Shown piece by piece: positions 11,333-25,491 of a stretch of DNA of 64,000 nt (position 1 is the first letter of the stretch; each line of letters starts with the position of its first letter). Both the position numbers and the translations under genes were made by a program. The DNA comes from Longimicrobiales bacterium (GTDB lineage Bacteria > Gemmatimonadota > Gemmatimonadetes > Longimicrobiales > Gaopeijiaceae). The stretch covers positions 629,060 to 693,059 of the forward strand of contig OZ220468.1 of NCBI GenBank assembly GCA_965115975.1, read 5' to 3'. A model generated the notes under the pieces. That model saw nothing but the letters and a program-made list of their open reading frames with translations. It had not been told where the DNA came from and did not search any database.

Positions 11333-12367
11333 ATGATTCGCAGCGTCGGCGCGGCTCTTCTCGCCCTTGTCCCGCTCCATTGGGGCTGCGGCGAGCCTGC
11401 GGTCGCGCCGCGCGAGCGTCCGCCGCCGGACGCTTCCAGTCCCGTCCCCTGCAACGTCGCCGGCGACGCGTGCGCCCAGCGCTTCGAGGTCGACCGAGGC
11501 GTCTTTCTTCCGGTCTTCGGCACCCACCCCCTGTCCGCCGGCCACCCGGGGCCGACGCGAGGTCTCGTCGTCGTGCACGGAAACGCCCGCGACGCCGACC
11601 GCTACTTCGAGACCGCCCTGGCGGTCGTGGCCGCTCAGGGAATCGCGGACGGCGCGATCGTCGTCGCTCCCCGCTTTCAGACGGCCGCCGACGCTCCGGC
11701 GCCGGACGAGCTGCACTGGTCGAGCGGCGGCTGGAAGCGCGGCCACCTTTCCCGCCCCGAGGGTCCGACGCCTCGGACCAGCTCCTACGCGGCCCTCGAC
11801 GCGGTTCTCGCCCGACTGGTCGACCCGGACCGGTTTCCCGCTCTCGAGGAGCTCGTGGTCGCCGGCCACTCCGCCGGAGCGCAGCTGGTGCATCGCTTCG
11901 CCGCCGCCAGCGGCGCCGAAGAGGGCGTCGACCGCGTGGAGTTCCGCTACGTGGTCGCCAACCCGTCGACGTACCTGTACGTCGGGCCCGAACGGGAGGA
12001 TCCGAGCGGCGCGTTCGCGATCCCGGGCGGCGGATGCCGCGACTACGACGACTGGCACTACGGGCTGAGGAATCGCAACCGGTACGCCGGGCGCCTCGAG
12101 GTCGACGCGCTGAGCGCGCGCCTCGAACGCAGGGACGTGCGAATTCTGATCGGGGACGCGGACACGCTGAACGCGTCGCTGGATCTCGACTGCGGCGCTC
12201 GGCTCCAGGGCGCGAACCGATTCGAGAGAGGCCGCGCGATCGTGCGCTTCATGGACGCCAAGCGCCCGGGTCACTTCCACAGGGAGTTCGTCGTGCCCGG
12301 CGTGGGCCATTCCAGCCGGGCGATGTGGCTCTCCGACGTCGGTCTTCGGGCGCTCTGGGGACGTTGA
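11333..12367 (+). CDS. alpha/beta hydrolase fold lipoprotein
   Basis: Signal/lipobox MIRSVGAALLALVPLHWGCG. Nucleophile elbow VVAGHSAGAQL. ATG11333 inside track ORF 11246-12367. Confidence 0.65.
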   Translation: MIRSVGAALLALVPLHWGCGEPAVAPRERPPPDASSPVPCNVAGDACAQRFEVDRGVFLPVFGTHPLSAGHPGPTRGLVVVHGNARDADRYFETALAVVAAQGIADGAIVVAPRFQTAADAPAPDELHWSSGGWKRGHLSRPEGPTPRTSSYAALDAVLARLVDPDRFPALEELVVAGHSAGAQLVHRFAAASGAEEGVDRVEFRYVVANPSTYLYVGPEREDPSGAFAIPGGGCRDYDDWHYGLRNRNRYAGRLEVDALSARLERRDVRILIGDADTLNASLDLDCGARLQGANRFERGRAIVRFMDAKRPGHFHREFVVPGVGHSSRAMWLSDVGLRALWGR

Positions 12368-12516
12368 GCCGTCTTCGGTCGCTCCCGATCGTTCGCACTG
12401 GCGGGCGTCGCCGCCGTCGCCCCACCTTGATTCGGAGAAGGACTTCCGATCGCCCGCGACCTTGGGAAGTTCCCAAGGCGCCGCCGGATTCGGCCGACAA
12501 GAGGACGCTCCCCGCA

Positions 12517-15189
12517 ATGAACCTCCTTCGACGTGCACTCGCCCAGCTCGGGCTGTTCGCGCTTCCGCTCTCCGTCCACGCGGTTCCCGACGTCCGGGCG
12601 CAATCGGACCAGGCGCCTCCCGGCGCGGTCTCGGCGGCCCAGGAGACGTTGGACGCCAAGGGATGGGTGCGGCCTCCAGCCGCGATCGCCGACGCGGTGC
12701 TGGCGCCCCGCTACCTGAACGCGACGCTGGACAACGCCAGTCCCGACGGTCGCTGGTTCCTCCACGCGGTCGGGGACGGACCGGTCCCGATGGAGCGGTT
12801 CTCGCGGCCGTTCGACGAGCTCGGAGGCCAGTTCTTCGAGCCGCAGGCCAACCGACACCGGTCGCTGTCCATCCGGAGTTCGGCCGGGTTGCAGGTGATC
12901 TCGGCCGCCGACGGCGCCGTGGTCGACGTCGAAGTCCCGAGCGGCATGCGCGTGTCCGGCGCCCGGTGGTCCCCGGACGGCTCCCGTCTGGCGTTCTTCG
13001 TCCACGGCGACGACGAGACGCACATCCGCGTGGCCGATCCCGCGACGGGCGACTCGGAGAGACTGACCCGCGACCCGGTGCTCGCCACGCTGGCGACGAC
13101 CTTCGAGTGGACGGCCGATGGACGGGAGATCGCGACGCTGCTCGTGCCCGACGATCGACCCGAGCGTCCGGAGAGGCCTCGCGTCCCGAGCGGGCCGCAG
13201 GTCAAGCGAACCGAAGAGGGCGAGAACGTTCTGCGGACGTACGCCAGCCTGATGGCGACGCCCTACGACGAGGCGCTTCTCGAGTGGCACGCGACGGGTC
13301 AGCTTGCCACGGTGGCCGTCGAGGGACGCCGCGTGACGGAAGTGGGCGCGCCGGCCATGATTCGCAGCTTCGACTTCTCCCCCTCGGGCGAGTACGCGCG
13401 AGTGACGACCTTGCGCAAGCCGTTCAGCTACGTCGTGCCCGTGACCAGCTTCGGCCGGGTGGAGGAGATCTGGGACCGCTCGGGTCGGGTGCTCGCCCAG
13501 GTGTCGGAGACCGAGACGAACACGGGGATCCGCGGCGCCCCGTCGGCGCCGGGCGTCGCGGGAGACGACGACGAGCCGGACCGGCGGCAGGTCGCGTGGC
13601 GCGACGACGGAGCCGGCCTGACGTTCCTGCGGATGGAGGAGCGCAAGGAGGACGACGACGAGGACGGGGAGGACGTTGGGGCGGACGAGGACGAGGACGA
13701 GGACGGGGACCGCCGTCGTCCGAGAGATCGGGTCATGCTCTGGGCGCCGCCGTTCGAGGAGGGCGGCGAGGTCGCGCTCTACGAAAGCGACCGCCGCATT
13801 GCGGAACACCGCTACTCCGCCGACTACGCCTGGCTCTTCTTCTCGGTTCGTCCCTCCGGCGGAGCGCGAGCGGGGGGATCCGACGGGGGCGGAACGGTCG
13901 CCGAATACGCCGTGCGGCTGGACGACCCGGAGACGCGGCACACGATCAGCGAGTGGGACACCGACGACTTTCACGCCAATCCGGGGTCGCTGTTGATGCG
14001 GCACGGGAGGCCGGCGGCCGCGCTTCGTCGCTTTCGCTTCGGCGGATCCGGAGGCGCCGCCGCCGAGCACATCGTCGCGACGTGGGGGGAAGGCGACGCC
14101 GAGTCGGTGTTTCTCCTGGGCGTCGAGTACGGCGAGGACCCGCTGGCGGAGGGCCCGAAGAGCTTCATGGACCGCGTCGCTATTCGCAGCGGCGAGAAGG
14201 AGCGTCTCTACGAGAGCTCGAACGACGGCCAGTTCGAGCGGATCACGGCGGTCCTGGACGCCGGGGCCGGCGCCTTCGCCGTTCACCGCGAGACGCCGAC
14301 CGAAGTGGGGCAGGGCTACCTGGTGAACGGCGACGCGCGAACCCGGCTCACCGACAACGTGGACTACACGCCCGACCTGACGCATGCGCCCCGTCGCCGG
14401 TTCACGGTCGAGCGCCCCGACGGGTTTCGCTTTCTGGTCAACGTCACGTTGCCGCCCGACTTCGAGGAAGGCGACGAGCGTCCGGCGATGTTCTGGTTCT
14501 ATCCCCGCGAGTACGAGGACCAGGACTCGTACGACGAGCGAGGACGCGCGTACAACAAGAACGCCTTCCCGAACTTCGGGACCCGCTCGATCGAGTACCT
14601 GGTCCGTCTGGGATACGTCGTCGTCGAGCCGGACGCGCCGATCGTGGGCGACGCGGGCCGCATGAACAACAACTATCAGCACGACCTGCGCAACAACCTC
14701 GCGGCCGTCATCGACGAACTGGACGCCCGGGGGTTGATCGACCGTCGGCGGCTGGGGCTCGGTGGGCACTCCTACGGCGCCTTCGGCACGGTCAACGCCA
14801 TGGTGCACACGCCCTTCTTCAAGGCCGGGATCGCCGGCGACGGGAACTACAACCGGACGTTCACGCCCCTGGGCTTCCAGTCCGAGCGGCGGCACTTCTG
14901 GGACGCTCGCGAAGTGTACCTGGGGATGTCCCCCTTCGTGTACGCGAACAACCTGACCGGCGCCTTGCTGATGTACCACGGGATGCACGACCAGAACGTC
15001 GGCACGGCGCCGGACCACTCGCCTCGCCTGTTCCACGCCCTGAACGGACTGGGCAAGGAAGCCGCGATGTACCTGTATCCCTTCGAGGATCACGGACCCG
15101 CGACCAGGGAGACGCTGCTGGACCTGTGGGCGCGTTGGGCCGCGTGGCTTGAAGTGCATCTGGCCCAGGAGAAGCGGCCTGTGACGTAG
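12517..15189 (+). CDS. S9 family (prolyl oligopeptidase/dipeptidyl peptidase-like) serine peptidase, secreted
   Basis: Signal peptide MNLLRRALAQLGLFALPLSVHA. N-terminal propeller-like region. C-terminal catalytic domain with GLGGHSYGAFGT, HGMHDQNV and FEDHG. Confidence 0.85.
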   Translation: MNLLRRALAQLGLFALPLSVHAVPDVRAQSDQAPPGAVSAAQETLDAKGWVRPPAAIADAVLAPRYLNATLDNASPDGRWFLHAVGDGPVPMERFSRPFDELGGQFFEPQANRHRSLSIRSSAGLQVISAADGAVVDVEVPSGMRVSGARWSPDGSRLAFFVHGDDETHIRVADPATGDSERLTRDPVLATLATTFEWTADGREIATLLVPDDRPERPERPRVPSGPQVKRTEEGENVLRTYASLMATPYDEALLEWHATGQLATVAVEGRRVTEVGAPAMIRSFDFSPSGEYARVTTLRKPFSYVVPVTSFGRVEEIWDRSGRVLAQVSETETNTGIRGAPSAPGVAGDDDEPDRRQVAWRDDGAGLTFLRMEERKEDDDEDGEDVGADEDEDEDGDRRRPRDRVMLWAPPFEEGGEVALYESDRRIAEHRYSADYAWLFFSVRPSGGARAGGSDGGGTVAEYAVRLDDPETRHTISEWDTDDFHANPGSLLMRHGRPAAALRRFRFGGSGGAAAEHIVATWGEGDAESVFLLGVEYGEDPLAEGPKSFMDRVAIRSGEKERLYESSNDGQFERITAVLDAGAGAFAVHRETPTEVGQGYLVNGDARTRLTDNVDYTPDLTHAPRRRFTVERPDGFRFLVNVTLPPDFEEGDERPAMFWFYPREYEDQDSYDERGRAYNKNAFPNFGTRSIEYLVRLGYVVVEPDAPIVGDAGRMNNNYQHDLRNNLAAVIDELDARGLIDRRRLGLGGHSYGAFGTVNAMVHTPFFKAGIAGDGNYNRTFTPLGFQSERRHFWDAREVYLGMSPFVYANNLTGALLMYHGMHDQNVGTAPDHSPRLFHALNGLGKEAAMYLYPFEDHGPATRETLLDLWARWAAWLEVHLAQEKRPVT

Positions 15190-16369
15190 GTCCTCCGCCT
15201 GCCGTCTCCGGGTGCGCCGGAAGGAGGCGGCTCCCGGATCGGACGCATTGCGACGCCTTGCGCGCGTTTCCGGCTAGGGACGGTTGCTTCGCCCGGGCCC
15301 GTCGATGACCCAACCGACCCGTCGGCTACCGCCCGGATGGGGGCTGTGGACGAAGCGCCGACGCTCGGGGAGAGTACGGTCCCGTCGACCGGGCGGCTGC
15401 CGGTCGACGGGACCGGGAGCGATCCTCTCTATCGGCTCCCCGAGCTCAAGGCCGCGAGCGTCACCTTGGGGCCAGTCTTCCATGGCGTGTCGCCGCCGCT
15501 CTGTCTGGCTTCGATCCACATGACGATCTCCTTCTTGAGATCCACATGGGTAAGAGTCAATGGGGTGCCGGACGCGGTTCGGAACCGGCCGTAGTTCGTG
15601 GTCGTCGTGACGGGCCACGCGAGCACCTGCCTCTTGTCCCAGGCGTCCGTGCCGCTAGTCTCGTGATACAGCGTGCTCTTCGCGCCGCCCAGCGCCGCGA
15701 CGGTCAGCTGCCAGACGATCCGCTGATGCGACCTCTCGTTCGTCGTGGCGACCCAGTCGAGGGTGATCGTGTCGTTGTTCGCGCTGCGACGCGCCTTGAT
15801 CGACCTCGTCACGGGGTCGATCGCCGGCACTTGCACGTACAGCGTGTCGCCCGCCACCGTCGTGGTGCGGTCGCGCGGGTTGGTCCTCGCGTGGACTTCC
15901 ACCCAGAGCGTGAACGTGTCGTCCGGGAAATCCAGCGTGCTGCGCCGCGCCGACCGAAGGAAGTACCCCTTTTTCGTCCAATCGGCTTGGGTGCTGGTTC
16001 CCATGTCCTTCGAGTCCAGGAACAGGGGGCTGGCGTTGTTGATCGAGTCGCCCTGCATGTAGTAGAAGAAGACCGCGGGTCGGGTGCCGGTGCCGGGCGG
16101 CATTCCGTAGTTCCGTCCGGCCACGAGCTCGCGGCTGAAGTACCGCACGATGACGTCGTCCGGCTGCTTGTGAACGGCGATGGAATCCCTGACCTCGTTG
16201 GCGACGCTGTCCACCGTCGCCCGGGCCCGCTCGGCGGCGAGGTCCAGGAACAGCCAGGTGTTCGCCTGGATTCTGCCGAAGTCCCTGCGCTGTCCGGGAG
16301 CCAGCGAGACCCGCTGGTTGTCGTTCGGATAGTCGAAGCCGTGGAACACGTCCTTCGTCGCCACGACGT

Positions 16370-20122
<3,753 letters not shown>

Positions 20123-20148
20123 CCCACCGTTTGTAAAGTCGACAAAGC

Positions 20149-20162
20149 GTCAGATTTCTGAC
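20149..20162. promoter_or_regulatory. palindromic motif GTCAGATTTCTGAC (candidate operator)
   Basis: Perfect 6+6 inverted repeat, 30 nt distal to the G33 tract. Related copies at 25459-25472 and 25478-25491. Confidence 0.4.
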
Positions 20163-20493
20163 TCTGGCGGGTGTCCATGTAGGGGGTCGGGACGGGCTCT
20201 CGGTCGTCCGGGTCGCGGTGGTCGCGATGGTCTTTGGAGCCCCCATGCGGAGCGTGGTGCGGCGTGACGTTTGCCCATGATGCGGCGGGTTCTCGATTGG
20301 ACCGCTACCCCTCGGAACGCCACTTCGCCGTCGCGAGACGAACTGCAACGGAGCCCGCTCGTGCCCCGAAGGTCTTGTCGGCTCATGGAAGGAGGTCGGT
20401 CGCCCTGGAAGAGCCCTCGTTCGCGGGGGCGTGCCGCGCCGATGCCCCGAGCGGCGCTACTTCAGCCCCCGTTCCGCTCCCGAACCGGGACGA

Positions 20494-20508
20494 GGGGCCG
20501 AAGGCCCC
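20494..20508 (-). terminator. GC hairpin downstream of giant gene B
   Basis: GGGGCC-gaa-GGCCCC, 19 nt beyond the stop at 20527. No clear U-run. Confidence 0.35.
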
Positions 20509-20526
20509 GACGGAGCCCGCTCGGCT

Positions 20527-23500
20527 CTATCCGGCGGGTTTGGCGGGAAGCGTGACCTCCGTGTCGCCCGTCGTCCATTCGTCGTCGCTTTCGAGCCTGT
20601 GGTCGATCCTGAAGACGATGGCCGCCTCCATCTCCTTGGCGGTGACGTCGACCGAGCTGCCGCTCGCGGTCTTGAATCCGTGGGGACCCGCGCCGTGCCA
20701 TCTCACCCGTCGGGCCAGACGCGACGACGCCAGATTTTCGTCCTCCCACGGCGTGTAGTACACGGTCGCGCCCGCGCCGCCCAGAGCCGCGACCGACGGA
20801 AGGGTCAGCGCGACCCTCTGCAGCGATGTGAACCCGCCGCGCTGATCGAGCGGCTGACCGGCGGACAGAGGGTTAGACACTACGGAGTTCGCCTTCCAGT
20901 CCAAGACGATCGAGTCGTCGGACCGTCTGGCCTTGATCGATTTCGCCATGAAGTCCATCGCGGGCACCGTCAAGGCGACGACGACGCTGTCCGTCCGGGT
21001 TGATCCGCTGGAGGAGTACGCTCCCGCGAACATGTAGACGTACAAGGTGAAGGACTTTGCAGGCGGATACGATCCGTCATTCGCGGTCCCGACGAACCCG
21101 ATCCTGTCCGTGTAGTTTTCGGTGTTGCCGAGGCTCTCGTGTTTCGTAACGGGGTTGTGGGCTCTTCCAAGCGGACGGCTGGAATCCTCCGGCATGTAGT
21201 ACGACCTATTGATGTACACCTCGTCGGTGTTGGCGGGGAGTCCGTAGTCCCGCGCGTCGTTGACCCTGATCCAGGCGCGCGCCCGGGTGGCGGTGCTCGC
21301 GGGCGGCCCGTTCGCCTGGTCCGCAGCGAGCATGCCCTTGCGATCCCAGTGCTTGACCACGATACCAAGCGCAAGAGGGGTGTATCGAGTCGGCACTAGG
21401 CTCTCGCCGCCCTCGCTGGCCGCGCCCCCAAGGCCGCCGATCGTGGTCGTGCCGCCGGAGCGCGTGACCACAGCGCTGTCCGCCCGTTTCGGATGGCGGC
21501 GATTTCTGACGTTATCGATCACCCAGCGCTCCGCGACAGCGTCCACGAGCATCCAGGTGTTCGTCTGGATCTTGCCGAAGTCCTTGCGCTGTCCCGGAGC
21601 CGCCGAAACTTGGCGGCCGCCGCTCGGGTAGTCGAAGCCGAAGCCGTCGAAGGTCTCTCCAGGGACTAGGTTGCCGAGGGAGTCGATGCGGGGAATGCTC
21701 TTCGTGGCCCTGATGTCGTAGTCGCCGAAGGGCACCTTGAACCGGAACGTCCCCGACGCCCCCGTCTTCATCGAATCGACTACGATGGTCGTGTCGCTCG
21801 CCTTGCGCACCTTGATCCAGACGCCCGGTTCTGGACCGTCGCCCGGAGGTCGAACGAGCCGGCCGGTGATCGTCGCCTTCTGGAACCCGGTGAAGTTGGC
21901 GCCCGAGATGTCGGTGCCCGACGTCGCGGGCAGCGGCAGCGACTCCGGTGCGAACGTGTAGTCCGCGTGCTTGGCTGTGATCGAGACCGTGCCGGACGAT
22001 TTCGCCGCGCCCTGCGCTTGGAAGGTGCCATCGGCGCCCGTCACGAGCTTGCCCTTGTTCGCGCCGCTCTTGGCCGCGTTCTCCGGCGCCTTGCCGTCGA
22101 TCATGATCTCGACGCCCGCGATCGGCGCGTTCGAGCCCGAAGCCACCACTGTGCCGCTGTAGAACACCGGATCGCCCGAACCGCCCACCACGAAGTCGAT
22201 CCGAGTCGGCGAGTTGGCCATGAACTTCGCCTTCCCGCTGCCGTCCCTGAAGCCCTTGCGGGTCCCCTTGGCGTACAGCGAGTCCTTCTTCGCGGACACG
22301 CCCTCGACGACGTAGCGACCGTACATGTCGGTCATGGCCGTCGTTCCGTTGACGTCGACCGTCACGCTGTCGACGCGGAACTTGTCCGAGCCCGTGACGA
22401 TCCCGTAGACGGTGGTCGTCGTCGGCGTCACGTCGAGCGCGACGGCCGCGTCCAGCGGACTGAACGCGTCGCCGAGCTTCGTCGTCGAGCCCTTCGCGCC
22501 CAGCATCGCCTGCCAGCCCGCCGGGACGGCCAGCTTGTAGACGCCGGCCGCGATCTTCCCGAAGTCGAACGCGTTCGTGTCGTCCCAGGTCGTGGCCTTG
22601 GCGTTCGCCTTGGCCGTCGTCTGGCTGTGCTCCATGCCGGCCAGGTTCTTGCCCGCGACGGGCGTCAGGCCGACCGTCACGCCGGCGACGGGCGTCTCGC
22701 TCACGGCGCCGAAGCCCTCGCCGGACTTCTTGATCGATTTCTTCCCGATCGTCCCGCTGACGCCGTGCTTCATGACGTAGGCGAAGGTGCCGCACTCGCC
22801 GAAGTCCTGTCCGGCGGGCTCCGTCGCCGTCAACGGACACAGCTCGACCGTCGGGCTGAACCCGCCGTGATCGCCGAACGCGCCCTTCACGATCCCGTTC
22901 GCGTCAGCGTCGCGGAACGCGAAGAGCTCGGCGGGATCGAGCAGCATCACGTCCGTAGCCGTCGACTTCTCCTTGGCCGAGACCATCACTTGAGCGTCGG
23001 CCGGCAGCTTCTTGAACGAGATCACGCCGTTCTTGTCCGACTTGTTCTTCGGATCCCAGACGTCGCTCGCGAACATGCGGCTGCGCCCGAGCTCGTCGAT
23101 GTAGCGCACGTCGACGTCGATCTTGCCGGACATGCGCTCGTCGCCCCCGAGGACGCTGCCGGTGTAGCCCTCGGCCTGGTCCATCTCGTGGTGCACGTAG
23201 ACGGTGAGCGTCTGCGTCGTCCACATCGCCTCGAGCACGTCGGCGTCCATCGTCGCCATCAACTCGAGGCCCGAGTGCTCGATCGTGACGGGCGTCGAGC
23301 TGAACGTCTCGCCGCCGTCGAGCTTGTCGACCTGAGTCGAGTCGAGCATGACGGTGTACATGGCGGGCAGGTCGGAGGCCATGGCCGTGGTCTTGAACAT
23401 GGCCGTGCCGTCGGCGCCGAGCTTCGCGGGCGCGCCGTCGACGGCCTTGCTGCCCATCATGACGGAGATGGCCCAGTCGGCGAGCGGCTTGCCGCCGCCC

Positions 23501-25314
23501 ATGTCGGTCATGACGGTAGCGCCCGAGATCTTGGCGTCGACCATGAGGTTGAGGACGTCGAAGTCGTTCATGGCCATGGCCGTCTTCGATTTCGCGTTCC
23601 ACTCGATCTTCTGCATGGCGTCGGCTTCGACGGCGTAGTCGTCGCTCGAGACCGAAGCCCAGACCATCGAGCCGGTGGCCATCGAGCGGGCGAAGCGGAT
23701 CGAGGCCATGCCGTCGTCGCCCGCGTCGGCCGAGGCGATCTTCGAGTCGCCGTCCGAGTCGGCGTAGAGCGTGACGGTGGCGCCGGCGAGCGTGTCGCCG
23801 TGCATGTCGCCGTGGCGGAGCGTGACGGTGTAGTGGACGGTCTGGTGGGTGATGTCGTAGGGCAGGCGCTGCACGACGGTCTGGCCGACGGCGACGTCGA
23901 GCTGGTATCCGGTGGCGGGACCGCCGTAGGCGTAGTCGCCGAGCGTCTGAGCGACGGTCGGGCTGCTGACGACGGCGAGCGCGTAGGCGCCTGCGCGCAG
24001 CCCGGAGAACTCGAACATGCCGTTGTCGTCGGTCATGCCGGACATCTGGTCGCCGACGGCCGGACCGACGAGGACGAGGGGGACGCCAGCGATCTCGAGG
24101 GCGTCCTCGCCCTGGTCGTGCATGTCGTTTTTCGTGGCTTCGTCGACGAAGAGCATGCCGGAGACGCTCGCCGTGGTGGCGTGCTCGCCCATGAAGTTGA
24201 CGGTGGCGGACTCGTCGTCGGCGAGCGTGACGTCCATGCGGGTCGTGGAGAAGACGTAGGCCTCGCTGGCGACCATGATCGAGACGGTGTAGTCGCCGGC
24301 GGCCAGCGCGGAGAAGGAGTAGAAGCCGCTGGCGTCGGTGGTGTCCGTCATCGAGTCCATGCCGGCGGACGCGAGCGTGACGGCGACGCCACTGATGCCC
24401 ATGCCGGCGACGCTGACCTGGCCGACGACGCCTGATGTGCGCAAGTACGCGCCGTCGAAGCGGACGTTGGCGGTCTCGCCCAGGGAGACGGTGATGCTCT
24501 GGGAAGTGGCGTCGAAGCCGATGGCGTCGGCGTCGTAGCCGGAGACGGCGACGGAGTAGTCGCCGGCGCGGAGCTTCGAGAAGGCGTACTGGCCGCCGGC
24601 GTCCGTGGTGGTCGTGCGGTCGTCGCCCTCGCCCGAAAGGCTGACGGTGACGCCCGCGAGACCGGAGCCCTCGACGCTGATCTGGCCGCGGATGCCTGCG
24701 GTGCGGAGGTACGTGCCGTCGAAGCTGACGACCTCGGTGTCGCCGACGCCGAGATCCGCGGAGCCCGAGGTGTTCGGGAAGCCGACGTTGTCGGCGTCGA
24801 ACCCGGAGATCTCGATGGAGTAGCGACCCGCGCGGAGGCCGGTGAAGCTGTACTGGCCGCTGGCGTCGGTCATGGCCTCGGCGTCGGACATGCCGGAGAG
24901 GTGGACGGTGACGCCGGAGAGCCCGTCGCCCTCGACGGTGACGGTTCCCCGGACGCTCGCCGTGCGGATGTAGGAGCCGGAGAAGTCGACGGTGGCGGTG
25001 CCGCCGGTCTCGCCGACAGTCACGGGCATCGAGGTGGCGTCGAAGCTGGCTTCGGCGGGGAAGCCTGAGATGGAGACGGTGTAGCTGCCGGGCTCGAGGT
25101 CGTCGAAGCGGTAGGAGCCGCCGCCGGCGGTGGCGGTGGTCGCGCCGCCGGAGAGGGCGACGGAGACGCCGTCGGCGCCCTGGCCCTCGATGGAGACCTG
25201 ACCGGCGACGGAGCCGGTGGGCGGGGGAGGCGCGACGTCCTCCCCGCAGGCGATCGCCACCAAGGGCAGCATTGCCAGCGTTCCCACCAGCAGCCTCTTC
25301 TTCGTCGCGTCCAT
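20527..25314 (-). CDS. giant surface lipoprotein B (paralogue of A) with CarboxypepD_reg-like repeats and a different C-terminal region
   Basis: 1595 aa. Lipoprotein signal MDATKKRLLVGTLAMLPLVAIACG. First ~1200 aa colinear with gene A, last ~400 aa only weakly similar. Confidence 0.85.
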   Translation of the reverse strand: MDATKKRLLVGTLAMLPLVAIACGEDVAPPPPTGSVAGQVSIEGQGADGVSVALSGGATTATAGGGSYRFDDLEPGSYTVSISGFPAEASFDATSMPVTVGETGGTATVDFSGSYIRTASVRGTVTVEGDGLSGVTVHLSGMSDAEAMTDASGQYSFTGLRAGRYSIEISGFDADNVGFPNTSGSADLGVGDTEVVSFDGTYLRTAGIRGQISVEGSGLAGVTVSLSGEGDDRTTTTDAGGQYAFSKLRAGDYSVAVSGYDADAIGFDATSQSITVSLGETANVRFDGAYLRTSGVVGQVSVAGMGISGVAVTLASAGMDSMTDTTDASGFYSFSALAAGDYTVSIMVASEAYVFSTTRMDVTLADDESATVNFMGEHATTASVSGMLFVDEATKNDMHDQGEDALEIAGVPLVLVGPAVGDQMSGMTDDNGMFEFSGLRAGAYALAVVSSPTVAQTLGDYAYGGPATGYQLDVAVGQTVVQRLPYDITHQTVHYTVTLRHGDMHGDTLAGATVTLYADSDGDSKIASADAGDDGMASIRFARSMATGSMVWASVSSDDYAVEADAMQKIEWNAKSKTAMAMNDFDVLNLMVDAKISGATVMTDMGGGKPLADWAISVMMGSKAVDGAPAKLGADGTAMFKTTAMASDLPAMYTVMLDSTQVDKLDGGETFSSTPVTIEHSGLELMATMDADVLEAMWTTQTLTVYVHHEMDQAEGYTGSVLGGDERMSGKIDVDVRYIDELGRSRMFASDVWDPKNKSDKNGVISFKKLPADAQVMVSAKEKSTATDVMLLDPAELFAFRDADANGIVKGAFGDHGGFSPTVELCPLTATEPAGQDFGECGTFAYVMKHGVSGTIGKKSIKKSGEGFGAVSETPVAGVTVGLTPVAGKNLAGMEHSQTTAKANAKATTWDDTNAFDFGKIAAGVYKLAVPAGWQAMLGAKGSTTKLGDAFSPLDAAVALDVTPTTTTVYGIVTGSDKFRVDSVTVDVNGTTAMTDMYGRYVVEGVSAKKDSLYAKGTRKGFRDGSGKAKFMANSPTRIDFVVGGSGDPVFYSGTVVASGSNAPIAGVEIMIDGKAPENAAKSGANKGKLVTGADGTFQAQGAAKSSGTVSITAKHADYTFAPESLPLPATSGTDISGANFTGFQKATITGRLVRPPGDGPEPGVWIKVRKASDTTIVVDSMKTGASGTFRFKVPFGDYDIRATKSIPRIDSLGNLVPGETFDGFGFDYPSGGRQVSAAPGQRKDFGKIQTNTWMLVDAVAERWVIDNVRNRRHPKRADSAVVTRSGGTTTIGGLGGAASEGGESLVPTRYTPLALGIVVKHWDRKGMLAADQANGPPASTATRARAWIRVNDARDYGLPANTDEVYINRSYYMPEDSSRPLGRAHNPVTKHESLGNTENYTDRIGFVGTANDGSYPPAKSFTLYVYMFAGAYSSSGSTRTDSVVVALTVPAMDFMAKSIKARRSDDSIVLDWKANSVVSNPLSAGQPLDQRGGFTSLQRVALTLPSVAALGGAGATVYYTPWEDENLASSRLARRVRWHGAGPHGFKTASGSSVDVTAKEMEAAIVFRIDHRLESDDEWTTGDTEVTLPAKPAG

Positions 25315-25432
25315 TCGATTCGCTCTCCAGCATCGGTTGTACAGGGACCCAGTGCTACCGCAGAGCGCAGGTACAGCAAAATTGGTGCCATCAAGGTCGA
25401 TTTTTCGTAAAAATAATGATCACAGCATATTC
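21717..25432 (-). repeat. direct repeat copy B (3,716 bp)
   Basis: See copy A; fixed offset of 5,347 nt. Confidence 0.9.
25315..25432 (-). promoter_or_regulatory. conserved AT-rich 118-nt leader/promoter region of giant gene B
   Basis: Homologous to 19968-20085. Contains tttttcgtaaaaataatgatcacagcatattc. Confidence 0.5.
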
Positions 25433-25454
25433 GGGGGGGGGGGGGGGGGGGGGG
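25433..25454. repeat. homopolymeric G22 tract
   Basis: 22 consecutive G counted, again starting 119 nt upstream of the start codon (gene B). Confidence 0.95.
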
Positions 25455-25458
25455 CGCC

Positions 25459-25491
25459 GTCAGATTACTGGACGGTCGTCAGATTGCTGAC
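25459..25491. promoter_or_regulatory. two copies of the CGTCAGATTnCTGrAC motif (candidate operators)
   Basis: gtcagattactgga at 25459-25472 (imperfect) and gtcagattgctgac at 25478-25491 (5+5 inverted repeat), immediately distal to G22. Confidence 0.4.
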
